64,000 nucleotides of DNA from Macrostomum lignano (lineage: Eukaryota), in contig NIVC01001809.1 in assembly GCA_002269645.1 (NCBI GenBank), forward strand, positions 1-64,000. The letters run 5' to 3'. The translations under genes were made by a program, and so were the position numbers. The notes under the pieces were generated by a model. That model saw nothing but the letters and a program-made list of their open reading frames with translations, made no database searches and was not told the origin of the DNA. This document shows positions 53,057-64,000 of this stretch, piece after piece; positions within the stretch are counted from its first letter, which is position 1; each line of letters starts with the position of its first letter.

Positions 53057-54367
53057 GGGATGGTGACTGTAGGGATGGTGACTGTAGAGATGGTGACTGT
53101 AGGGAGGGTGACTGTAGGGATGGTGATTGTAGGGATGGTGACTGTAGGGATGGTGACTGTAGGGATGGTGACTGTAGGGATAGTGACTGTAGGGATGGTG
53201 ACTGTAGGGATGGTGACTGTAGGGATGGTGACTGTAGGGATGGTGACTGTAGGGATGGTGACTGTAGGGATGGTGACTGTAGGGATGGTGACTGTAGAGA
53301 TGGGACTGTAGGGATGGTGACTGTAGGGATGGTGACTGTAGGGATGGTGACTGTAGGGAGGGTGACTGTAGGGATTGTGATTGTAGGGATGGTGACTGTA
53401 GGGAGGGTGACTGTAGGGATTGTGATTGTAGGGATGGTGACTGTAGGGAGGGTGACTGTAGGGATTGTGATTGTAGGGATGGTGACTGTAGGGATGGTGA
53501 CTGTAGGGAGGGTGACTGTAGGGATTATGATTGTAGGGATGGTGACTGTAGGGAGGGTGACTGTAGGGATTGTGATTGTAGGGATGGTGACTGTAGGGAT
53601 GGTGACTGTAGGGAGGGTGACTGTAGGGATTGTGATTGTAGGGATGGTGACTGTAGGGATGGTGACTGTAGGGAGGGTGACTGTAGGGATTGTGACTGTA
53701 GGGATGGTGACTGTAGGGAGGGTGACTGTAGGGATTGTGATTGTAGGGATGGTGACTGTAGGGAGGGTGACTGTAGGGATTGTGATTGTAGGGATTGTGA
53801 CTGTAGGGATGGTGACTGTAGGGAGGGTGACTGTAGGGATTGTGACTGTAGGGATGGTGACTGTAGGGATGGTGACTGTAGGGATAGTGACTGTAGGGAG
53901 GGTGACTGTAGGGATTGTGATTGTAGGGATGGTGACTGTAGGGAGGGTGACTGTAGGGATTGTGATTGTAGGGATGGTGACTGTAGGGATGGTGACTGTA
54001 GGGAGGGTGACTGTAGGGATTGTGACTGTAGGGATGGTGACTGTAGGGAGGGTGACTGTAGGGATTGTGATTGTAGGGATGGTGACTGTAGGGAGGGTGA
54101 CTGTAGGGATTGTGATTGTAGGGATTGTGACTGTAGGGATGGTGACTGTAGGGAGGGTGACTGTAGGGATTGTGACTGTAGGGATGGTGACTGTAGGGAG
54201 GGTGACTGTAGGGATTGTGATTGTAGGGATGGTGACTGTAGGGATGGTGATTGTAGGGATGGTGACTGTAGGGATGGTGACTGTAGGGAGGGTGACTGTA
54301 GGGATGGTGACTGTAGGGATGGTGACTGTAGGGATGGTGACTGTAGGGATGGTGACTGTAGGGATGG
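53057..54367. repeat. 15-bp G-rich minisatellite (GGGATGGTGACTGTA)n, ~87 units
   Basis: Variants GGGAGGG/GGGATTG and GACT/GATT, plus one 14-bp unit near 53300; source of the long TIPTV/QSPSL ORFs. Confidence 0.97.
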
Positions 54368-55339
54368 TTTCATTAATCCAATCGTCACTGCAAGTTTCCG
54401 CCTGCGCTTGCAAGCCAAATCTCGCCACAGGGGCCGGTTGCCACCTGCTAAAAAATAAAACAGAAGGAGCGGCAGTGATGAGAGGCTTCTGCAGAAAAGC
54501 AAAAGAATGTCAATTACTGCTGCTAAATGCACTCGCCTAATTCAACCCAGCAGATTCTCAACTGCCTGAGCTGCGCACGAGAGGAAAAAGGCGAAAGCAT
54601 AGGAGAGTCGGGAGAGAACCAGAGCACTGTTGCCAGCCAATGCTCTGCAGCTGCGGCAGTGGGCAGAGTGAGAGAGAAAGCAGGGCAAATTTAACAATGC
54701 ATCTTCTTGCACATTAGAGAGCCTCCTCAAACCGATGCACTGCGGGACTGAGCAGCATTTTACACCGCTCAGTGGGCCGTTAAATGCATTTAAAGATCTC
54801 ACACTGCACTGAGGCACAATGGGTCTTTCTGGCAACCGGCTGCGCAAACCTTTGACTGACATCTGCCACACTGACAGCAGCCACGGATCATAGGTAGGAC
54901 TCATGAAGATTTTTAAAATTCCTTATAAAAATTTTTACAGCCACAAAGCAGCCCCCTTGCTCTCTCATTCGCTCTCCTTTTCTTCCTCTCTTTAAAAAAC
55001 ACTCCCTCCTCTCTCCCTCCCTCCCCTCCTTCTCATCTCCCTCCCTCCTCTCTCCCTCCCTCCCCTCCGTCTCCTCCTTCCTCCCTCCCCTCCTTCTCAC
55101 TCCCTCCCCTCCTTCTCCCTCCCTCCCCTTCTACTCCCTCTCTCCCTCCTTCTTCCCTCTTTCCTTTTCCTCTCTCCTTCCCCCTTCCTTTCTCCTTCCC
55201 CTCCTTTTCCCTTTCTCCTTTTCCCTCCCTCCTTCTCCCTCCCTCCTCCTCCCTCCCTCCCTCCTTTTCCCTCTTTCCTTCCCTCCTTGTTAACCTTGTT
55301 AACCTTGTTAACCTCTTCCTTGCTTCCCTTAACAGAACT

Positions 55340-58300
55340 ATGGCCCAGAATCCAAGCCGCCATCAGCCCCTCACCACCGACAACATCACGCCAACTGCTC
55401 GACGTGCTGCAACCAATGGCACCTTGCGCGAGATCGTCCAAGCTACTCTAACTGCTGCATCAAATGATCGCCTTCAAGATGTCCAGTTCCTCGTACCAGT
55501 AATCAATGGCCAATCAAATAAAGACGCCTGCTGCATCAAAGCTGCCGAAAAGGCTGCATTACGAGGTCACTTTCAAATCGTCGAGTTCCTCGTACCACTA
55601 ATCAATGACCAATCAAAAAAAGACGCCTGCTACATCAAGGCGGCCGAAATTGCTGCAATCCGTGGTCACTTTCTAATCGTCGAGTTCCTCGTACCGCTAA
55701 TCAATGACCAATCAAAAAAAGACGCCTGCTGCATCAAAGCGGCCGAAAATGCTGCAATGAATGGTCACTTTCAAATCGTCGAGTTCCTCGTACCACTAAT
55801 CAATGACCAATCAAAAAAAGACGCCTGCTACATCAAGGCGGCCGAAATTGCTGCAATAAATGGTCACTTTCTAATCGTCGAGTTCCTCGTACCACTAATC
55901 AATGACCAATCAAATAAAGACGCCTGCTGCATCAAGGCTGCCGAAAAGGCTGCAATGAATGGTCACTTTCAAATCGTCGAGTTCCTCGTACCACTAATCA
56001 ATGACCAATCAAAAAAGAAGCCTGCTGCATCTACGCTGCCGAAAAGGCTGCTTACGATGGTCACTTTAAAGCCGTCGAGTTCCTCGTACCACTAATCAAT
56101 GACCAATCAAATAAAGACGCCTGCTGCATCAAGGCTGCCGAAAATGCTGCGATGAATGGTCACTTTCAAATCGTCGAGTTCTTCGTACCACTAATCAATG
56201 ACCAATCAAAAAAAGAAGCCTGCTGCATCTACGCTGCCGAAATGGCTGCTTACGATGGTCACTTTAAAGCCGTCGAGTTCCTCGTACCACTAATCAATGA
56301 CCAATCAAATAAAGACGCCTGCTGCATCAAGGCTGCCCAAAAAGCTGCAATCAGTGGTCACTTTCAAATCGTCGAGTTCCTCGTACCACTAATCAATGAC
56401 CAATCAAATAAAGACGCCTGCTGCATCAAGGCTGCCCAAAAAGCTGCAATCAGTGGTCACTTTCAAATCGTCGAGTTCCTCGTACCACTAATCAATGACC
56501 AATCAAATAAAGACGCCTGCTGCATCTACGCTGCCGAAATTGCTGCAATGAATGGTCACTTTCAAATCGTCGAGTTCCTCGTACCACTAATCAATGACCA
56601 ATCAAAAAAAGAAGCCTGCTGCATCTACGCTGCCGAAAAGGCTGCTTACGATGGTCACTTTAAAGCCGTCGAGTTCCTCGTACCACTAATCAATGACCAA
56701 TCAAAAAAAGACGCCTTCTGCATCAAGGCTACCGAAGAGGCTGCAGAATATGGTCACTTTCACATCGTCAAGTTCCTCGTACCACTAATCAATGACCAAT
56801 CAAAAAAAGACGGCTGCTGCATCAAAGCTGCCGAAAAGGCTGCATTCCGAGGTCACTTTCAAATCGTCGAGTTCCTCGTACCACTAATCAATGACCAATC
56901 AAAAAAAGACGCCTTCTGCATCAAAGCTGCCGAAAAGGCTGCATTCCGAGGTCACTTTCAAATCGTCGAGTTCCTCGTACCACTAATCAATGACCAATCA
57001 AAAAAAGACGCCTGCTGCATCTACGCTGCCGAAAAGGCTGCAAAATATGGTCACTTAAAAGCCGTCGAGTTCCTCGTACCACTAATCAATGACCAATCAA
57101 AAAAAGACGCCTTCTGCATCAAGGCTACCGAAGAGGCTGCAGAATATGGTCACTTTCAAATCGTCGAGTTCCTCATACCACTAATCAATGAACAATCAAA
57201 TAAAGACGCCTGCTGCATCAAAGCTGCCGAAAAGGCTGCAATGAATGGTCACTTTAAAGCCGTCGAGTTCCTCGTACCACTAATCAATGACCAATCAAAA
57301 AAAGACGCCTTCTGCATCAAGGCTACCGAAGAGGCTGCAAAATATGGTCACTTTAAAATCGTCGAGTTCCTCGTACCACTAATCAATGACCAATCAAATA
57401 AAGACGCCTGCTGCATCAAAGCTGCCGAAGAGGCTGCATTCCGATGTCACTTTCAAATCGTCGAGTTCCTCGTACCACTAATCAATGACCAATCAAAAAA
57501 AGACGCCTGCTGCATCTACGCTGCCGAAAAGGCTGCATTCCGAGGTCACTTTAAAGCCGTCGAGTTCCTCGTACCACTAATCAATGACCAATCAAATAAA
57601 GACGCCTGCTGCATCAAAGCGGCCGAAATTGCTGCAAGAAATCGTCACTTTCAAATCGTCGAGTTCCTCGTACCACTGATCAATGACCAATCAAAAAAAG
57701 ACGACTGCTTCATCTGGCCTGCCGAAACGGCTGCTTACGATGGTCACTTTAAAGCCGTCGAGTTCCTCGTACCACTAATCAATGACCAATCAAAAAAAGA
57801 CGCCTGCTGCATCAAGGCTACCGAAGAGGCTGCAGAGTATGGTCACTTTCACATCGTCAAGTTCCTCGTACCACTAATCAATGACCAATCAAAAAAATAC
57901 AACTGCTGCATCAAAGTTGCCGAAAAAGCTGCAGACGATGGTCATATTCACATTGTTCAGTTCCTTATCTCGTGTCTCTCTACTCCCCATCAGAGAGCAA
58001 ATCTCCGCTTCCAATGCGTACTCAATGCCTGCTCTCGTCTTGATGAATCTGTCGTTGCCTACTTCGGCCTAAAGCCTCAATGGCTCTTCCAATACAACAC
58101 CATCCTCAACTTCACTGCTAGCATGGCTATCCAAAACCGGAACTCTCTTCTCAACACCGCCCTCTCTCAAATGACACCACCTCAAATCACACACCTCCTC
58201 CGTCTCTCCATCTCTCAATCACACGTCGCTCTTGCCGCCACACTCCTCAATCATCACCTATTCAGCACACCACGTCGATCTACCGTCCATATCGATCTAA

Positions 58301-61300
58301 CAGAGGAAAACACCCGAGCCACCGCTCTCATCCTCGCTGCTCATGCTGGTCATCACGAAATCATTCACAAACTCATACTACTCGGCGCCTCCATCCACGC
58401 TCAAGACAACCACGGTCGCACTGCTCTCTCACGAGCCTGCCAAGCCGGTCACGTGCGAGCAGCCAAGACTCTGATGGATGCAGGAGCCGATGCCAATCAT
58501 CGAGACAATCACGGCCTCACCTGTGCGCAACTCGCACAGAGATTCGACCAGCGGCAGGTGCTCCGCCTGCTAAATCCCACCGAGTCAGTTCCCATTAATT
58601 GCCATTCCACTTCCTATCACTTCAATTCCTCACCTCGCTTCCATTCACACATTCCAGAAAACAACAGCACACCCACACAACCGCTCAAAGCCGCTCAATG
58701 TGAGTCTCACTCTCCTTGGTCCACTCTGCAAATATGCACTCTCACCTCTCCCACCCACCACGCTATCCTTCCAGACTCTCTGACAAAGAGCTGCATCAAC
58801 TGCTCAGCGATGCGGGATTCACCCAGCAGAGAGCAGAGTGTCAGCAAAACCTGGCTGACTGGCTACAAGAAGTCGCTCGAGTCCTCACACAGGATCACAG
58901 GCGAATGACCGGCAGCTACGCAGAGGGCTGGGCCAACAGTCTGGTGCAAGTCAACGGCAGGACAGCTGCAGACTCCGACATTAACTGGACTGTGCTGGTT
59001 GCTATGCGAGAGTTCCATCTGGAAAGTGCCTGTGATCGAACAGATTCCTGCAGCAACGACACTGTCAACGACAATGATTCCTGCAGCAACGACACTGTCA
59101 ACGACAATGATTCCTGCAAAGACGCCCCTCGGCTGCAGGTTACGGAGGGGCACGCACAGGTGGCAGTCGGAGCAGGTCAGTGACGCTCCGCTCATCATCA
59201 CAATGCCGACATCCCCAGTCTAAGCCTGCGTCAACTTTTAAAGTCTCAAATTCAAATTTTCAAATTTTTATTCAATACCTGAACTTCAGAGCTCACAAGT
59301 TTAACCAGAGTTTTAGACCTGACTCAAATACCTTTCGGCACTCAGTCTGCTCTGAATAAAAACTCCTGAAACCAATCAGACAACTCAAGCCCCAGCAATT
59401 GCACTGTGTGATAAATAGGCAATTAGATAATAGCATGCACGGTGAGCAATTATTTAGGCCCTAGACAAACCTACTTGGAGCGTTCGGAGATTTTAAAGCT
59501 ATTAATCCTAATCGCCTATCGCCGGTCGGCGAGTTCTACCAGTCTTCTCCAATAGCCGCAGATACAGTACAAGAAAATAAAGAACACGAGGGAACACAAA
59601 CCGAAAGATTTAGAGAGTGATAATCCTATTTCAAGAATAACTAACTTGATTGACGGTTTAATTTGATTAGCTGAGTTACAAGATTTAGACAAACGACGCA
59701 GATAACTAGAGTTGACAAAACGACAATAACGGTTAATAAATAATGATTATATACGCACTGACAAGCGGATCTCAGCTGAAGAAGAAAGAGGCACCGAACA
59801 CAGGACCACGGAGAAGACTCCTAACCCCTGGCCTAAGCCAGAACCTACTCTCAAACGAGAGCCCTGCCGAACCGACCGTTCAACGGAGTACCGACTAAGT
59901 TCTATCGGCACTGCCCTTCAGTGTAACACTGGGGCCCTCGGGGTCGAGGCCGCGTACTTGATCAGATCCGACAGTCTCTATCTAACCGCGCTTGATAGCG
60001 ACGACTTCAGACAGGAATTTGCCGTAGACGTTACGCCACAAGACTACTGCGGTTGGGCGGGAACAAAGATATGGACCGGGGGTGATGAAATCAAAACGCC
60101 TCAAAGCGCGAACCAACAAGGGGAGGAAAATCGGGCCACCGGCCGGGAACTGGACAAGACAAAACCGGGGAAAGGAGAGAAGCGAGATCCGATTGCCAAA
60201 ACACACTTTCATATATAGTCAGAGTCAAACCCTCACAAAACCCCCCTCAAGCCGGGTGGTGGTCGTCTGGCCGGCCGCTTGCTTAAGCCGAATTGAACTG
60301 TGCCCGCGGCGCCGGGTAGAACTGAAACTTGCCGCGTGCCAGGGTCCAGGCCGGTTCTGATTGGCTGACCGCGCAAAGCTGGGGTTCGCAGACACTCTCA
60401 ACCCTCCGCTGAGTCACAGATGGCGTCTGATTTCTAGCCTGTTTACAAATTTAGATTCTAACTAACAAGGAAAAAAAAGTACACCAAAAACGTATGACTA
60501 ACTAAAGCAAAATAACAATTCAATAACAATATAGAAACTAATGCAGTCAATTTACAACAAAATAAACGCAAGAGGTTATGAAACAATCACCGCCTCAGAG
60601 GTTATGAAACAATTATTAGGCAATGCCTTGCTTTCTCTTTCCCCTTAAAATAATTTTTCTCTGTCTCCGCCCATCATCAACTTCATAACGGTGCGCCTGC
60701 ATGCATTTCAACGAATACTTTGCTTCATTCACTGATTGCAGTAGTAGCACTGACACACGAACTCAACCAACTCATTCAAGCAGTTGAAAACCAACCCATC
60801 TTGTTCATTCCCCACAATGCCACTCTCCGCTCACTTCGCTCTACAGGCAGCCAACCTGCAGTGACAGCCACGCCGTGCGGTGTGCGGCCTGCACAGGACA
60901 CATGCCATGCGATCGAGTGGGGCAGTTTCGGCGAGGACAGAATTGAAAAACTGCTTCCTGGTGCTCGTAATTATTACTGGAATTCTGTTGACCTCGTTCG
61001 GGCGACCAGACCGAGCTCGACCAACGAGCTCAGAGTGAGCTTTAGCATCCAAGAGAAAGAGATCATGAGACGGCTGAGCACAGTCCAGGGCCAGCTGTTC
61101 ACACTCATCAAGTTCATCTTCAAGAGACACTTGCCGCTCACTCTGGACACACCTGGACTCAAGACCTACCATGCAAAGACTCTGCTATTCTTCCTGCTGG
61201 AGAAGCATGGCACAGATCCTGAAACTGAGGCTTGGCAGCCCCACAATCTGATCGCTCTGCTCAAGGAGTCTCTTGACATGATGCTGAGCTTCATCGACTC

Positions 61301-62387
61301 GAGCAGCTCGCCGGATGAGTGCATGCCGCACTTCTTCATGCCCGACGCTCAGCTCTACTTCAAGAACGCTGGAATCGGCGGCGACTTCGACAACACGAAA
61401 GCGAGGGTTCGAGACCGACTTTGTGAGCTGAGAAGCGACATCGGCGGAGTGGTCGACCAGCTGAGAAAACACGTGAGACCTCTGCAGTCAGAGAAGTTCT
61501 ACTTTCACCCGTTCACTCTGCTTCCTCTAACAGCGCCGCCTGCTGTCACGAAGATCAGGGAAGGAACTGATAGCAAATACCTTATTAGAGATCGGGCGAT
61601 CAGGGAAGTAATGGGGTGCTTTGATTTCTACGAGTACTACAAGTTCGCGGACGTGTACTGTGTGGTGCACCAGTGTGTGAGCGAGCTGCAGTCGGAATCG
61701 AGCGACAGAGACACCCTGATGAGGCAGCTCAGTCTCCTGAATCATCATCGGCTGCAGTGGTGCAAGTGCGCCGCCCTGTGCATGACCGCCATGGCGCATT
61801 TGAAGTTCGGAGAATCTAAGAAGGCTGAGAGACTCGCGATTGAGCTGCAGACACATCAGGTCGAGTCAGGGTTAATGCTAAGGGAAATTCAAGTGGGATA
61901 TTGCCAAACTAAATTGCCGGAAAACTCAGACTGGGCGTGGAGGTTCTGCCTCCCCTGCGACTCTCCGCCTCGCTTCCCATTCCTTCCCGAGTTCACGCAG
62001 ACTCTGTTCACAGCCAGACTGTCGCAGCCTCTCTCCTCCCACCTGTACGTGAACTTCCGCTGCCTGAGCTGGAGTCTCCAAGCTGAGCTGCTCCGCAATC
62101 GCGCACCTGCAATTAAACTGGAGGATTGGAAGCGGGAGCTGGAAGAAGACCCGGACTTGGAGGAGCTGCTCACTCTGGCTCACTACAGCGACTGCCGCGA
62201 GCACGTGGAGCTCAGCCTGCAGCAGATGGAGATGATCGAGAAAGAGAGACGCGTCGCCATGGAGACGCAGGACGAGGAGAAGATCGGCTGGGTCAGGCAG
62301 AAGCTGGAGAGACTTGATTCAGCAGCCGGAGTCCTCAAAGCCTCGTCGCAAAGTCGAGGTCGGAAAAGGAAGGCCGAGTCAGACTGA
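55340..62387 (+). CDS. Ankyrin-repeat / Mab-21 (cGLR) fusion protein, copy 2, ~1728 aa if the frameshift is corrected (possible pseudogene or assembly error)
   Basis: join(55340..58583,58775..59175,60847..62387) with the same splice sites and phases as copy 1. 25 x 33-aa repeats; a -1 frameshift in the A-run at 56011..56016; SDIN instead of SDID. Confidence 0.8.
55505..57978 (+). repeat. Coding 99-bp ankyrin-like array, 25 mosaic units
   Basis: Scaffold NDQSxKxAxxIxAxExAAxxGHFxxVxFLVPLI. Confidence 0.95.
59407..60586. mobile_element. ~1.2-kb insertion in intron 2 of cGLR copy 2, possibly an LTR-retroelement fragment
   Basis: Absent from the 473-bp intron of copy 1. Homology breaks after GCACTG (59406) and resumes at TCACCGCCTCAGAGG (~60587). 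Starts with TG; TGTAACA followed by CTGGGGCC near 59923..59937 could be an LTR end plus PBS. The insertion is certain, its identity is not. Confidence 0.5.
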
Positions 62388-64000
62388 CTGCCAGGAGCGG
62401 TGTTCGATGCTGACAAAATTTTCATGTACTTCGTTTTTTCTAATAAAACTGTTTGTTCTTCTGCTTGCCGACTTGATGGGGCTCTGCCGGTTCTGCATGA
62501 AAACACCTCTACATGCTGTTGGATTGTTTGTACATGCTTGGAATGTACTACGAATGAGACTGCAGTGACCTGAGGACTTCGTTGCTCAGGTTTTAAAGTT
62601 TTCTGGGCTGAAATTTGAGACGCAAAAACTGTGTACCGCTGGTTCCCCTTATTTTTTCAGTTTAATTCAGTTAATTCCACAGGTGTTTTGCTGTTGGAAT
62701 GTCTGTACATTTGCCCTTGTTTAGCTGCCTTTCTAGGAAATGAGCACATCGAGAGCCATCGAGTGCGAGCAGCCCTCCTGCTATTAACTGCAGTTTTGTA
62801 CATTTTTGCTGATTGAATTGCATGCTGAATTGCCTTTTCCGTTCAAACTGCGTTTCTGCTTTGATGCGGGCTTTTCTCTGCGATTTTGTTCTGCGGACTT
62901 TAATGCCCAATTGCCAATGCTTTTTAATGACATATTCATGCCAAATGTGCAGGTAGCAACTATCTGGATGAAGCTGGCAAACTCAAAGGTCGGCTTGGTC
63001 AGGGAATAAGAAGTAGGAATATATGATTTCGGTAGCTGGACAAAATGACAAAAGTTTCTGGGGTAAGGCTTACAGTGTTAAATCATAGACTCCTAAAAAT
63101 AGCATCATATGCTATATCTAGAAGTCCTTGGTTAAATACATAAGAAGGCTTCTGTCCAGCCTTGCGCGTCTCTATAGTGGGGAGAGAGACAACGATAAGT
63201 GTTGATTGAACTGAAGGAAATTTGCGATTTGAAAGTTGAAAAACTTTTTCTGTTTCGAAACTTTGTCAGTTGAATCTAAAAGGGGTATAAAATTTTAGGA
63301 CTGGAATTATTTCGTTGACATGCCTAGTATGACATATTTGCAACAGAATTTTGGTTAGCCTCCCGCAGAGCTAAATTCATTCATTCATAACAACTTGCTA
63401 TGCTCATTTCCCGAAACTTATCCAGTGAGCAAAAGAAGAAAAGGCTTCCCCACAGTGCGACTTTTTAACACATTCTCCAAACTTTTTCAAATGTGCGAAA
63501 TGTTTTGAAGCGGCAAGCAAGTAACGAGCTATTGTAATGGAGTCCTGAAATAAATACATATTTTGGTTCGATTTTTGTCATGTTGAGTAATCTATAGATA
63601 CATCTCACCAAAATTTGTCGGAATTTAAACTTAACCCCTATTTCTATAAAATGTGATTCCATAAAAGTCTTATTCTGTGCGGCCTTTGAAATTCTAAATG
63701 TGCGAATGGAGGAAAATTTTTTGCTTGGCTCGCTGGCAGGGAACAGAAGGAAAATCGTGTGGGTTAAAATCTTTGGTTCAATTTGACTCAGATGAAATTT
63801 GGCGCACCCAATCACAAATGGTGCCTCAAAGTTCAAATAATTTATTTGCATTGCATTCATCCATTGGCTATCTATATATTGAGTCCACCTTCTGATACAA
63901 TTTGAAAACAAAAGACTTATTTCTGAAGCACAATTGTGGAAGTGTAGCTCGTCTAACAAATAGTAGGAAAACAAACGGCATATGCTGTGACAGTGAACCG

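Noticed and set aside
52872-54540. 500-aa ORFs of TIPTV, QSPSL, GMVTV and DGDCR repeats, resembling mucin or antifreeze proteins
   Set aside because: The 15-bp unit lacks stops in several frames, and a 14-bp unit shifts frame without consequence; no splice or signal context.
44215-57978. 99-bp repeats, or the 20-37 bp arrays, as CRISPR-like
   Set aside because: No unique spacers and no cas genes; the context is eukaryotic and the 99-bp units are in-frame coding.
63465-63974. 169-aa minus-strand ORF
   Set aside because: AT-rich with no recognisable domain or paralog in the window.

Overview
Eukaryotic (animal) genomic DNA with spliceosomal introns, GC-rich exons and AT-rich, transposon- and minisatellite-dense spacers. 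The style resembles a flatworm such as Macrostomum; this is an inference only. From left to right the window holds: (1) two tandem single-exon type-I membrane genes with a small 8-Cys ectodomain resembling single-CRD TNF receptors; (2) NDUFA9; (3) fossil LINE, hAT, SINE and nested DNA elements; (4) a spliced RS-, Q- and H-rich GPATCH8/ZNF804-like gene; (5) two tandem three-exon genes that fuse a long array of near-identical 99-bp ankyrin-like repeats to a cGAS-like (Mab-21/cGLR) nucleotidyltransferase. The most notable signal is in (5). The ankyrin arrays (13 vs 25 units) have an almost invariant scaffold and vary mainly at the AA-x-x-GH surface positions, which are randomised in DARPins. This suggests a recombination-diversified sensor fused to a cyclic-nucleotide synthase. 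Copy 1 keeps the putative catalytic Asp triad. Copy 2 has D>N at the second acidic position and a 1-bp homopolymer frameshift. All gene models were derived by hand from splice signals and frame continuity; no searches were run.
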